In this document: piece by piece, positions 39,807 to 51,753 of the stretch
Layout: every line of letters begins with the position of its first letter
How positions within the stretch are numbered: the stretch's first letter is position 1
NCBI GenBank assembly: GCA_012295275.1
Contig: CM022679.1
Location: 5,828,001 to 5,892,000 of the forward strand
Direction of reading: 5' to 3'
Origin: Chrysomallon squamiferum
Taxonomy: Eukaryota > Animalia > Mollusca
DNA: 64,000 nucleotides
Notes under the pieces: model-generated
Told to the model about the DNA's origin: nothing
What the model saw: only the letters and a program-made list of their open reading frames with translations
The model's database searches: none
Translations under genes and position numbers: made by a program

Positions 39807-42800
39807 CTGTGATGGAGAAAGAAAATACAATTAGCAATGACAGAGGTGCCAATTTGATTGTTTATTGTATTGTCTACTATTAAATGCATTAAAATAATAA
39901 ACTATAAATTTGCTATCTTGTTAGAAAAAATATAAATGTTGAAACAGACACTTTTCTAAGTACGATGTATTAAGTAGAAACAAGCAAAACTTTTCTCTTG
40001 TTGAGGAGACAAAATAAATTTTAAATTAAATTAATTAAATAAAAGCACTTTTATAATCATTTCAGCTATCAAAATTTCTTAGACAATATTAACAATAGTG
40101 TTTTGCTTTTCTGACATTCTAATCAAATGATTAAAGTACTATTAAAAATTAAATTTAGTAACAAATTCATATCCTTGCTATTGGTAAACTATCATAGCTT
40201 CAAAAAAAAAAAGGGGGGGTGTGCAACTGTTTTCAACCAAACACTCAACAGCTTAGTGAATCACTTGTATATAATAATGAAAACATTTTTCAGGTTAGCT
40301 TGTTCTCAAATATGTCCATGCAATATTAACTGGGCTTCTTTTTGCACAGCTCTTCACACTGTTTTGACTAATTTTTATATAGAAAATATTCACCATTTTG
40401 TTATTTTTAACTTTGTTGACACTACATTTTGTGTACCGGGATATTGTTAAACATTCATTAACTGGGTAAGATGTTTTACAGAAAAAGGCACTATTTCAAA
40501 ACACTTTTTTTTCTACCCAACTCTCCCAATTCAACCTTCAGCTGCAAGTTAATGACCCTAATATTGTGTAAAAATCAAACTCTCTACATTTCAATCATTC
40601 ACTGATATAAGTATTCTGTGACATTTAAGAATTACTAAAAATGTAGTTTACTGCAACTTTTTATAAAACATTTAAAAACCTATTCTCTCATTCTAATGAT
40701 GGTTCAGAATTGCTTAAAAATGTGCATTTACATTATAACAAAGATATTAATGTCATCATATTACAGATAAAATTATCAAATCAGATATAAAAACATTTAC
40801 AAAATAGCTGCATATTTTTTAAGTTACAATGATCTTCCACAAATATGTATGAATGCATCTCTCCCTATACACACAAAAAAAATCATCCAAAATAAACAAT
40901 TTCCTCATCCTGACATTTTTTCCCAACACTACCAGATTATAAACAAAACAATTTAAAACAAAAATAAAAGCAGAAAAAGAATATATGAGTTATGCACTTA
41001 CCACCACCAGCAATTGTTGCCTTGATTAATGAATCCAATTCTTCATCCCCTCTGATAGCTAGCTGAAGATGGCGTGGTGTGATACGTTTGACTTTTAGAT
41101 CTTTACTAGCATTCCCTGCCAACTCAAGAACCTGCAGAGAAAGACATTTTTCAATCTCAGACACAATACTAAATTTAACTAAAATTAGTTAAGTGATCAG
41201 GTCATCTGCACACAATTTATTAATTCTGGTAAGCAATGACTAACATTTTGTATATTCCTCATAGTTTCAGGTCTTGTCAGTTCATATCTGCTACTTTATT
41301 TTCTTGAAATAATCAAATATCCACACATGAAGTAGAATGCTACTACTATCAGTGCAGTAGAAAATTATTGAGGTGCTTTCCACACAGATTTTCCAAAGAG
41401 TAGTTTCAGTATAACAATACAAAATGGTTTTAAAATAAAAGATTAAACCTGATTAACATCTCTAATGGGTGGTGTGAAAATTTAATAGCAATGTAAAATT
41501 ACATGAATCCATTAATGAAGAAACCCAGTGATGAAATCAAGATCATGCAAAATATATATAGGTTTTTTTCAACGAACAATTTAAGTTATATTGGCTTGTC
41601 ATAAGTTTAAAATTAGTTTTTATAAAAAAAAAAAATTAAAAGATTTTGTTAAATAAAAAAGTATACTCTTTACTTCTTTTATTTTGAATTTTCGTTTGAA
41701 ACAAACATCTTAAAACTTTCAGATACAAATACAGTGGTGAGTATTTCTCTTTTTTTTTACATTACTCGTACAGACATTGGTTCTGTCCTGTCCCAAACTG
41801 ATACATTAAAAATTTCTGTACAAAATGAATATTGTGAATACGTTAAAGCACTAAATGCAATGTAGTTTGTTGGTTATAATAACAATCTTACTGGGGTACT
41901 ATAAATTATTTAAATTCATTCACTGAAATTGTAAAACATATTACATTTTTGATGCAATGAGACAAAAAACGAATTATGCAGGTATGAACTTACAAAATAA
42001 TAAAAACCAACTCCCTGGTAATGCATAGTAAAAATTGAATAATTCCATACGAACATAACACGAATATTTGACATTAAATATAACATTAAAAACACTATGA
42101 ATATATCAACTTTTTGAACTTTTGTCAGTAACATTTTTAAATTCTAACTTCAGTACATTTTTTTTTTTTGCACATAAATAAATAAGATGGGTTTTGAGGG
42201 TTTTTTGCATTTTTCTTCACGCGCTATTGTAAGTTGAACCGTACACAAACAACCAGGAAGAACAAGTACCTCTTTGTTTGCAAACAATGATAGAATTCCG
42301 GTTACAATATGGCCGCTACCCGCCATTTTGTCACCCGCGAATTTTGATCTGAAGGTGTAAACAAGCTCTAAATCATTTCATTTTACAATACAGTAAAGAT
42401 TTAATTTAAACGGACAATTCACAACATTACTAGATAACGTTTAAAACTAAGCAAATTGCAAATATAACACAAAACTGCATCAGACTGAAGCGAAGCTAAA
42501 TCCGATAAGATGTGTCAACTAGCATTTGTTAATTTTGAAGTTTTGAATGAAATTTTTAACTGTAAGCATTTAAATTAAATTTTTCATTACTTAGATATAT
42601 TAAACTTACTTCTGCAGTCAAGTATTCTAAAATTGCTGCACTGTAAACTGCTGCGGTGGCACCAACTCGACCGTGACTGGTTGTCCGATTTTTCAAATGT
42701 CTGTGTATACGACCGACAGGAAACTACAAGAAAGGGCAGTACGTTTATAATGATATATGTATAATCAAAATGCATATGATGTACTCGAATTGATAGCTAA

Positions 42801-43048
42801 CTTGTTACTTGGCCATTAAATGCAATAAATACCTGTAATCCTGCCCTAGCTGAACGAGAAACAGCCTTCGCTTTCGCTTTTCCTGAATCTTTTCCAGCTT
42901 TACCTCCGGCCTGAAAACACAAATGTTTATTATTTTTAAGCAAAAATGTTATCAATAACAATCAAACAATGTATATAAAATCATAAGTTGCACAAATAAA
43001 TTGCCGATGAATAATATTATTCACGATAACGAACAGATTGCGTACCAT
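39745..43048 (-). CDS. His2Av: Histone H2A.Z/H2A.V, 128 aa; complement(join(39745..39806,41002..41131,42610..42723,42833..42910,43046..43048))
   Basis: Spliced translation [128 protein letters not shown]. All introns are GT-AG. Coding exon sizes 3/78/114/130/62 match the canonical H2A.Z gene structure. Confidence 0.98.
41002..41131 (-). CDS. His2Av: H2A.Z coding exon 4 ([12 protein letters not shown]...TIAGG)
   Basis: ctgcag|GTT...G|gtaagt, 130 nt. Confidence 0.97.
42610..42723 (-). CDS. His2Av: H2A.Z coding exon 3 (FPVGRIHR...EYLTAE)
   Basis: ttgtag|TTT...GAA|gtaagt, 114 nt. Confidence 0.97.
42833..42910 (-). CDS. His2Av: H2A.Z coding exon 2 ([26 protein letters not shown])
   Basis: ttttcag|GCC...CAG|gtattt, 78 nt. 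Confidence 0.96.
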
Positions 43049-43200
43049 CTTGGTTTGTCTATTCCGGTTGAAATCCAACAATATCACTTGTCCGCCAAAA
43101 TAGCGTCAGTTCGAAGATCACGTGATCTAATGCGCCAATGGGGTGTCCATCATTCTTTTGTTTCGCTTGCGATTCTGGTAAATGAGCCAACGGAATCGTT
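43049..43200 (-). promoter_or_regulatory. H2A.Z 5'UTR and proximal promoter
   Basis: CpG-rich. E2F-like TTTGGCGG (minus, 43092-43099), perfect 14-bp palindrome AGATCACGTGATCT with an E-box (43115-43128), CCAAT (43135-43139), ETS-like ACCGGAAT (minus, about 43061-43068). Confidence 0.6.
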
Positions 43201-44100
43201 ATATATTATGACATAACAATAAAGTCGATTATGCTTAGTACATTGTGTGAAATACATGCTACAAATGTCTTGGTTACAGCAACTTATGTTTCAAGAGGCA
43301 GTTATTACTAAAATTACGAAGTATTTGCAAGTACTCTCGAAGGGACATAACTGCGATATCTTGTGTCAAAATGTCACATCACTGCATCAGTACATTATGG
43401 AATTTATGATTTTGATCGGCAATTTGTAGTTATTATAAGTTAACTAACCTAAACAAAAAATAACGTTTATTAATGAAAAGTAATAATAATATTGACAAAT
43501 ATAAAATAATTAAATATTCATTTTAGAATTTTACGTTAAATGTTACAACAGTTCGAATTATTTTATTTTATTGTTTTAATTTTATTTTTACATAATAATT
43601 ATTATCATTAAATGAAACTGGCCATGCTGTATAGTTATGCAAAACATATGTAACTGCTCCTATTGTTAAACACCAGTAATGGACATAAGACTAGCAAAAT
43701 GTTTAGTTGTTACAACAAACTTTAAAATCCTCTACAGTACTTAGCTAGTTCTGTAAATTTATATATGTATAATCTCTTTTCTCTATGACCTATAATTCAT
43801 TTTCTAAGAATAGACCTGATCCATGTCCAAACCTCTTTAGTGCACATTTTGTATATTTATTTATTTATTGTAGAACATAAAATAATTTTAAGATAATATC
43901 TAAATAATTACCAATACTTTAGTCATTAATTCAAACAAATTTCATTTTTTTTTTTTTTTTCTTTTTATTAATATTATTATTACTGTTGTTGTTTTATTTT
44001 TAATTATTTATTTTACTATATTTATTTTTCATGTATTATTTTATTTTAGTTCATTTTATTTTATTTTAATATATTATATTAAGATGTTTATTAAGTAAAT

Positions 44101-44197
44101 GGTTTGTAGTTCAAAATTAGCATGCTGGCCTCAGATGTGTTTGGTCATGAGATCAACCCCACATGCCCTAGCTAGCATCCCACAACTATAAGAAGAT

Positions 44198-44231
<34 letters not shown>
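44101..44231 (+). mobile_element. Decayed tRNA-like SINE head followed by a poly(A) tract
   Basis: tgtagttcaaaattagcatgctggcctcagatgtgtttggtcatgagatcaacccc (degenerate A/B boxes), then about 30 A at 44202-44231. Confidence 0.3.
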
Positions 44232-44240
<9 letters not shown>

Positions 44241-45469
44241 TGTTAATACTTATGTAAGTAATAATCTAAATATGACGTTATCAGTATGGGGCTTAGTGTT
44301 ATGTATGATATCATAAACATGTATGTCGGTAAAGATACCAAGTGTAGAAATAAATCTAACATTTCATACTTGCTCTTTGAACAGAAGTTTGTTAATTTTA
44401 CTTCACCTGTCAGTGTTGTAATCTCTTTTATCAGTTATTTAACAGTATTTTTCTTTGTGAAAATAGAGCTAAAAAATCTGAATTTCTAGCCTCTTAATCC
44501 TAATATTTTATTATTTATTTATTTATTATCATTATTATTATTATATGTTTGGGGGGATTATTTTTTATTATTATTTGTATTTATTTATTTTGGTTTAGCT
44601 ATTTATATTTTTTATTTATCTATTTTTATTGTATTTCTGTTTTATTTATTATTTTATTTTATTTTAATTGTCATCTTTCATTTATTTATGCTTTTTATTA
44701 TTTATTTATTTCATTTTATTAATATACATTTTGAAACAATTTTCCTTAACTTAGCTGTCTGTGCATTTTTTTTAATTTTTTTTTTATTATTATTTTTTTT
44801 TATCTGTGTTTCAGTTAACTCAGAGTTTTATTGAAATAATACAGAAATATAAAGAAAGGCTGCATATTGTGCATTAATATAATATTGCATAATATGAAGG
44901 GTGTTACATACAGTCAAACATAATGTACCGGTATTAATCATAAGATATTTAATAATCTGTTACATTCAGGGACAATTTTATTTAAAACCTTAATATTAAT
45001 ACGTAATAATAATCCAACTTCACAGGATGAAGGTTTCATCCAATAAAAATATTTAATATATTTTCTTAAACTGGTTTAAAATTTTGATATTATTAATACT
45101 TAATGATAGTACAACATTATGATTTAAAGGTCTCATCCAGTAAATATTAATATATTTATTATATTTTCATCTAAGATCATCATATTTAGGGCATTCTAAT
45201 AACATATGATATTTGTCTTCAGTTTTGTTTAAATTACAACAAATGTATATTCTATCTGACCTTTCTGTATTTCTTTACTTTCAGTTTCCTATTGCTAAAG
45301 AATGGGCTGACAATCTAAGCTTAGTTTATCAAATGCAGTTGCGTTTCAGGATATATTTTTGCAAATAGTAGACAACTAGCCAGAAACATAAGCCAAAGAA
45401 TTAATTCTTCACAGTGTGCCCTCCCAATTATTTGTTGGTACTTCTATTTGTCATTCAACTAATACTCCA

Positions 45470-45640
45470 AGACTAATTATAAGACTTTCTTGTATAGTCA
45501 TTCATGTTTGTGGGAAGGTGAATATAAAAGATTCGTTGCTGCTAATTGATGTAGCTCATGCAATGCTTGCGACTAGTTTCTTTTCTTGTATCATTGTAGC
45601 AGATGTAACCCGATGTTTGATTTAATAAACATAAATGTGT
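45470..45640 (+). mobile_element. Decayed SINE (Meta/MESC-domain-like)
   Basis: Core GGAAGGTGAATATAAAAGATTCGTTGCTGCTAA (45513-45545) is 26/33 identical to the reverse complement of 47501-47533. Confidence 0.45.
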
Positions 45641-46591
45641 GCATCTGACACATTCATTTATTTTTTGATCAGCTTAAAGTTAACAATTTATCAGTTTCTG
45701 GTAATTTTATTTCTAATACTAAAAATTTAAATGTATATATATATATAGGTAATTATTTTAATTTTAATTTTATAATTTTTAATTTTTTAATTGTTTTATT
45801 TTTATTTTATTTTATTTTGTTTTAATTTATTAATTTTTTTTAACATTCAGACTATAATTACAACTACAATTATTTTTATTATTACTATTATTATTATTAT
45901 TATTAGGACGGTCATAATTATATAAAAATTATTAATTATTTTATTACACACATCATAATACTGACTTTTCCAACGATTACTGTTTTATTGCACGTAGTCT
46001 ATTTTGCGCGTCGATTTCGGGTTTAACTTGGAGGTGACATCAGACTGAGTGCTCACAAATTGCTATTTATTGATCAGGTGCCTTGACGTCACAAGACTGA
46101 GTCATCGTGAAATCCGTAATTTATCAGATACATATATTTATTATTATTTCATTTGATTATATGTATACCATGTCATGACATTATGAATAAATAGATATAA
46201 TCTGATGCATTTTACTCAGATGTTGTTTAGTATTATATACATAATTATTGTACATTAAAAATATGTCTGCAGTTTTTATGTTTATCTTTTATTTATTTTT
46301 TGTTTATTATTATTTTTATTATTTTTTTTTTTTTGCTCAGATATTTTTGTATGAGGCTGAAGGTATTATAATTTTGTGTTAAACTTATAATAATATTGCT
46401 ATTGTATTTCTATTATTATACTTTTTTTTATTATTTTTTTTAAATTTTTTATTATTATTATTATTATTATTATTTTTTTTTTTTATATATTAACATTAAT
46501 TTTGCAATGAAAGTCAAATTCAAAATGCTTTCATTATTCACTTTATTTTATTTTACTGTCTTTTATTATTATTGTTGTTATTAATTATTAT

Positions 46592-46636
<45 letters not shown>

Positions 46637-47444
46637 TTATTTATAAATTTGTTTTTATCTATCTTTTTGATTCTGACCTTTGAAACACTAAAATGATCAT
46701 TATAAATATCCATTTAATTTAAAATTTGAGACAAAGCTCTATTGGTGGTGGATCCAAAAATCCTCCATAACATTTAAGAGATCATTGCACTCTTTTATAT
46801 CCAAATACATATTTTATATTTTTTATGAAGGATCTCATGTGAGTATACTGTAATGGTTACCAAGACATGACAACAGCCAAAATATTGCATTACAAAATAA
46901 AGATAAGAATTTACATCATTTCCTTGTGCTAGAACAGGAAATGAGATGGTGCTTTTTTAGAACATCTGTCTGAGGAATGGAAGATTAATGGGTTAGCTCT
47001 TCTTAATGTCAGTTATTTATAAAAAAAAATAAGCAATTTAAAAAATAATAATTTGAATAAAATAAAATAAAATAAAAAACTAAAATAAACTAAACTAAAA
47101 TAAACAGAAATGAAATGAAATGAAAATACAACAAAAAGAAAAAAACAATTCCAAACACCCCTCCAGCAACAATTATAATAATAAAAAAAGAAATTCAAAT
47201 AAACTACTGTGATTATAAAGTCCTTGTGCAGTTTTAAATTTTTGCACATTCTATGAGGGTAAGAGAATACAATTTTTGACAGTGGGCAGGTTGAAAATTA
47301 AGAATCTCAACAATAAATACATTTAAAAATACAAAATTTAATTTATCTTATCCTTTTTAAAAGATCAATTCTATCATGCATAAATTAGAAGTTACATAAT
47401 TTTTAATTTGCACAAAGACTTTAAAATTACCCTGATTTATATAT

Positions 47445-47590
47445 AACAACAACACTAAAGGAGAAACATGCCGCACAATCTAACTTCGCTGTTATAATAG
47501 TTAGCAGCAATGCATCTTTAATGTGCCTCTTCCTTTAAACAAATACACACACTTTAATCATGTCACAGAGCAATAGTTTTATTGGGAAAT
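47445..47590 (-). mobile_element. Decayed SINE (Meta/MESC-domain-like), opposite orientation to the 45.5 kb copy
   Basis: Reverse complement of 47501-47533 = GGAAGAGGCACATTAAAGATGCATTGCTGCTAA. Confidence 0.45.
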
Positions 47591-48518
47591 AATGGGTGAA
47601 ACCTCAAACTGAATAAAATAAAATCCATATTTAATTTCTGCACGATATACATATATTTAATCTCTGAATAAATTATATATTGAATATCTTCTTCACTAAG
47701 GTTATGCAACAAGCCATTTAATGTGCATCCATATTTTGGTTAATTTATAACTGGTCCACATTTTCACAGGTTTGTTTAATTTCTGAACAGTAAATTATAT
47801 TCTTATAGTGGCATAAAGTATGTAAAGGATAATGTCCAAAATCTCTTTAATTAGTTTCACGGATGAATCTCTTGTAAGCCTGACAATTCAAAATGAGATT
47901 TACAAATGCAACTAATCATGAGGGCATTAAAACAAAGTACACTCACAAAATTCTCCCACTAATGTGCACAGAAAAATAAAACAATTGTTCCTTTGCCAAA
48001 CTAGAATACAGCTGATATTAATAAGTGAATTAATCAGTTCTTCCTAGTACCAATACACAAGATTGTAAGTGTCTTAAGTATCCCCATTTTTTTATCGTCC
48101 TTGGGTAGCCACAGAACCATGCAGCCATCAATAACAGTGAATTATTAAACATTACAACACCCTATCAATAAGGTGGGCCAACCCTATACAGTTACTGAAA
48201 TCAGTGAAACCTTTATCAATTTTTTTTTTTTTTTTTTTTAAATTTTTTAAGAAGAATAGAAATCTAAACAGGAACTGTGTAAAATAATGAAAATGGTTCC
48301 TTATGCTTTGCTTCTTATAATGTCACCCATTAGAGAATTGTAGTGGACTCATCAAAATGTGCAGCAATACCCCAACCCCAGAAATTCTGTTTTAAATGTA
48401 AAACTGAAATCTTGATACAGTTTACAATTGTTTCCTACCTCTGAAAGTTGCCCTGATCCCTGGAGTTAGATATTGAGAAGAGGTACAAGCTAAGTATATC
48501 TGATTAATTTACAACAAA

Positions 48519-48613
48519 AAATATTTTCTATGTACAACAGTTTTTCTTCTTGTACTTCTTCATTATAAATATTTTCTATGTATAACAGTTTTTCTTCTTT
48601 TATTTCTTCATTA
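48519..48613. repeat. 48-bp tandem duplication
   Basis: AATATTTTCTATGTA(C/T)AACAGTTTTTCTTCTT(G/T)TA(C/T)TTCTTCATTA twice. Confidence 0.85.
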
Positions 48614-51280
48614 CTACAGCAACTATTCTGTCTTCATACTGATTTAGGTAAGTAACCAGGAGTTACTCTTAGTGGTTAAATGTGCTCCTAGGTAACTTAA
48701 TAATAACTGACTTACTTTATTTCTGTTTTTTTAATAATAAACTAATAAGAAATTACATTTTTTTTAAAATATTATTTTTATATTTGAAAACGTAAATGAA
48801 ACCAGCTGAATTTCATTTTTAATAAAAACAAACAAACTTAATGAAATGTAATGAAATATGATTTTACTGACAGTCATGGTAACAGTTTTTACAAATATAA
48901 TATGAAAAAATAGAAAAAAAACAAACAAACATTTTTATATATGTGCAAAGCACTAAACATCTGTGATTGTTAAATATTGTTTAGCAATCAAGCAAGTAAA
49001 AATAAAACATAATTTTTAAAACATTTTTTTTTTATCCCTTTTTTATCTCGACAAATATGATGCAGCACAGTACATACATTTTATATAAAATCACTATATA
49101 TTCCAACTAGAAACACAACTTTAGTAACACAACATACCTGTGATTGTATTACTGAGTATATTATTACTATTGTTGCAATTGCTATTATTATTATTATTGT
49201 ATTATTAATATTACTACTACTGCTACCACTGTTGTTTACAAGCTAGAAGATAGAAAGGGAATGAATGCCAAGGTGTTTTTTTTATCCATCTTGTTTCTGT
49301 CCTACACCAAGCTAATACTAATCAGAATGGAATATAATAACAGACTGCAAATCTGGTTTATTTGCTTTAACAAAAGAAAACAAAATGGGAAGAGTATTTT
49401 TTTCATCCATGTACCCCAACTAAATCAAAACACTCCATCTTAGTCACACTGTATTCCTTTCATTTTCTGGAGCAAAACTGAACACATTATTTTAAAAATG
49501 TTTGATGATATAGTTTCACAAATAAAACATAAATCTATGTCACTGATAGCCAACATTAAAAATATGTAAAAAGTTTACTGCAATTAAGAAAAATATACAG
49601 TCACAACTAACAACAAATTTTTATGCTGTGATCCTAAAAGGATTTTGTAGAAAAACAAAAAAATTATATGGCCTCTTGTATGTATTTCATTTACCAACTA
49701 TACTAGGTTGAATGTATAAAAATCATGTATTCATTTATATTTTCTTGAACATCAGCTTTAAGGTAAAACAGACTTTGTAAATTTAGGTCCCTGTCTTTTT
49801 AACAGTAACTTTCTATCAATCTCTCCAGAAATAATTTAAGCATAAAAACAACTATTCAATAAAAATTAAAAAAAACGAAAAACTGCTTTCCATTCAGAAA
49901 TCTTACACATTTTTAAGTGAATTTATGACAGGTCTTTATATATTAGTGTCTATAAGCAATATGATTTTGAATACTGTTAACATATTTAGCAACATACAAA
50001 TTTAATTAATAGTAAACATTATGACAGAAAGACATGTTTATAATGCGAGAAACAGATAAACAGGTATGAAAGTAGGCAGAATAAATATACAGTTAGGATA
50101 GAGAGAAATATCTATACAGACATATCATGATGTTATGGAGTACAAGACTGCAGGAAATACCATATTCATGTGTTGTGATGCAACATTTTACATCATTAAA
50201 AACATAACAGAAAGAACATGGCTTCTCTCAAGTTGAGATTCTGTGAATGGTGATATTGAACATATTTAAGTGACTAGATAAATAAATATATATATTGTTT
50301 TAGCAGTTTCTTTTCATTTATTATTTGTTAAAATTAAATTTTATAAAAAAGAAAATGTGTGTGTGTGTGTGTGAATTCAAATGGGTGCAGATTTGGATTT
50401 TGAATAAGTCATGCAATTTTGTTTCTTCCATATTAGTAGCACATTTACATAATCATAATGCATCATTATCACATAATTATAGTTACATTATGTACACTTA
50501 CTACATTAATGGATGGATTAACAATGTTTTGTGCACATAATGATAATGGTAACACCAGCAAATAAAATGCACAAATCAGTCCAAATTTTTTTAAAGATGA
50601 AATTAAAACATTTTCAATAATGTAAGTATATCAGGTTTCAGAGGTCAGTGGAATGCCATTCGTTGTCCTTAGCAACATATCACAGTTGAAACAATTTGGC
50701 ACTGTTCTCATAAAGAAAACACTGGATGTGTTCCAAGAATTAACATCTTTTTTTAATTCAACTTGTTTGAAAAAAAAATAATAAATGTATTTACATGACA
50801 ATTACCAATGTCATAATTGTTTGAAGAGAGCCTTCACAACCTAATTTTTCATAACAACCAATATTTTTATTAGAGGTCTATATTTTTTTACTTCGGAGTT
50901 ATTATTCAAAATTAAATACTATTGTTATTAGTCTTACTATTTATCTCTTTTCTTTCTTTTTTGTCCACTGTAAACAACAAAATTACAAATACCAAAAATA
51001 ATTTGATTTAATATTTACCTAATAAATTACTACTGGCTCTATAAATAATTTTCTAATACAATCAAAACTTGAACTGACATAGCCACTATATTAATAATTA
51101 TGTCTACAAATACATTCAGTGTTCTCTAAACTCTTTTAAAATTCTTTCATTCACAATTTTTTTTTCTATGGCCATACATATCTTTTGGATAAACTTTCTC
51201 TTTCACAGATTAATTTTCTCTTTCCTCAGAAGTCACTCATAAAAGTTTTCTATATGACTAGAATCTTGATACAACAGCCT

Positions 51281-51753
51281 TTACTGTGAATTGCTTCGAT
51301 ACAGTTTGTTCTTTTCTAGAATGAATCCAGAGCAAAGGATCTTGGCAAATGTTCTCCATTTTGAATTCTTGAGGCAGCTTTTGACTGTGACAAAAAGTTT
51401 ATGTAACATGCACCAGCCTCTGTTGTCCTCTCTCAGAGTCAGATACAATTCAAATGTTGCCACCTTCATTGGGTCGCAAACGATTTTTGCTATTCTACGA
51501 CAAGCATTTTTTTCATCGAGGTTAATGTACAAAACACAACCTCTCAATCCATAAGGTTCATCCTGAGACATCCGCAGAACATCTTGTGATATCTTCGAGA
51601 TGAGCCCGCATGGAAAAAGGATTTCACAATTGAGTTGTTTTTCCTTTGCTATCCGAAGAGCATATTCAATTTCCGATTTCAATTCCTGACACTGGATATA
51701 CTCTGCTGTGTCTTCAAACATACCATAGCTGTTCAAACCTGGAACATGTGATT
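51281..51753 (-). CDS. DDIT4L: DDIT4-like last coding exon (RTP801_C domain)
   Basis: Part of ORF 51281..51850. Acceptor gtttcag| at 51754; alternative ttccag| 15 nt downstream. Confidence 0.92.

Noticed and set aside
40704-40759. C/D-box-like ATGATGA...CTGA in H2A.Z intron 4 (minus)
   Set aside because: Only 56 nt, with no terminal stem, internal boxes or recognisable guide.
40937-41164. 75-aa ORF as a standalone histone gene
   Set aside because: It is H2A.Z exon 4 plus intronic flanks.
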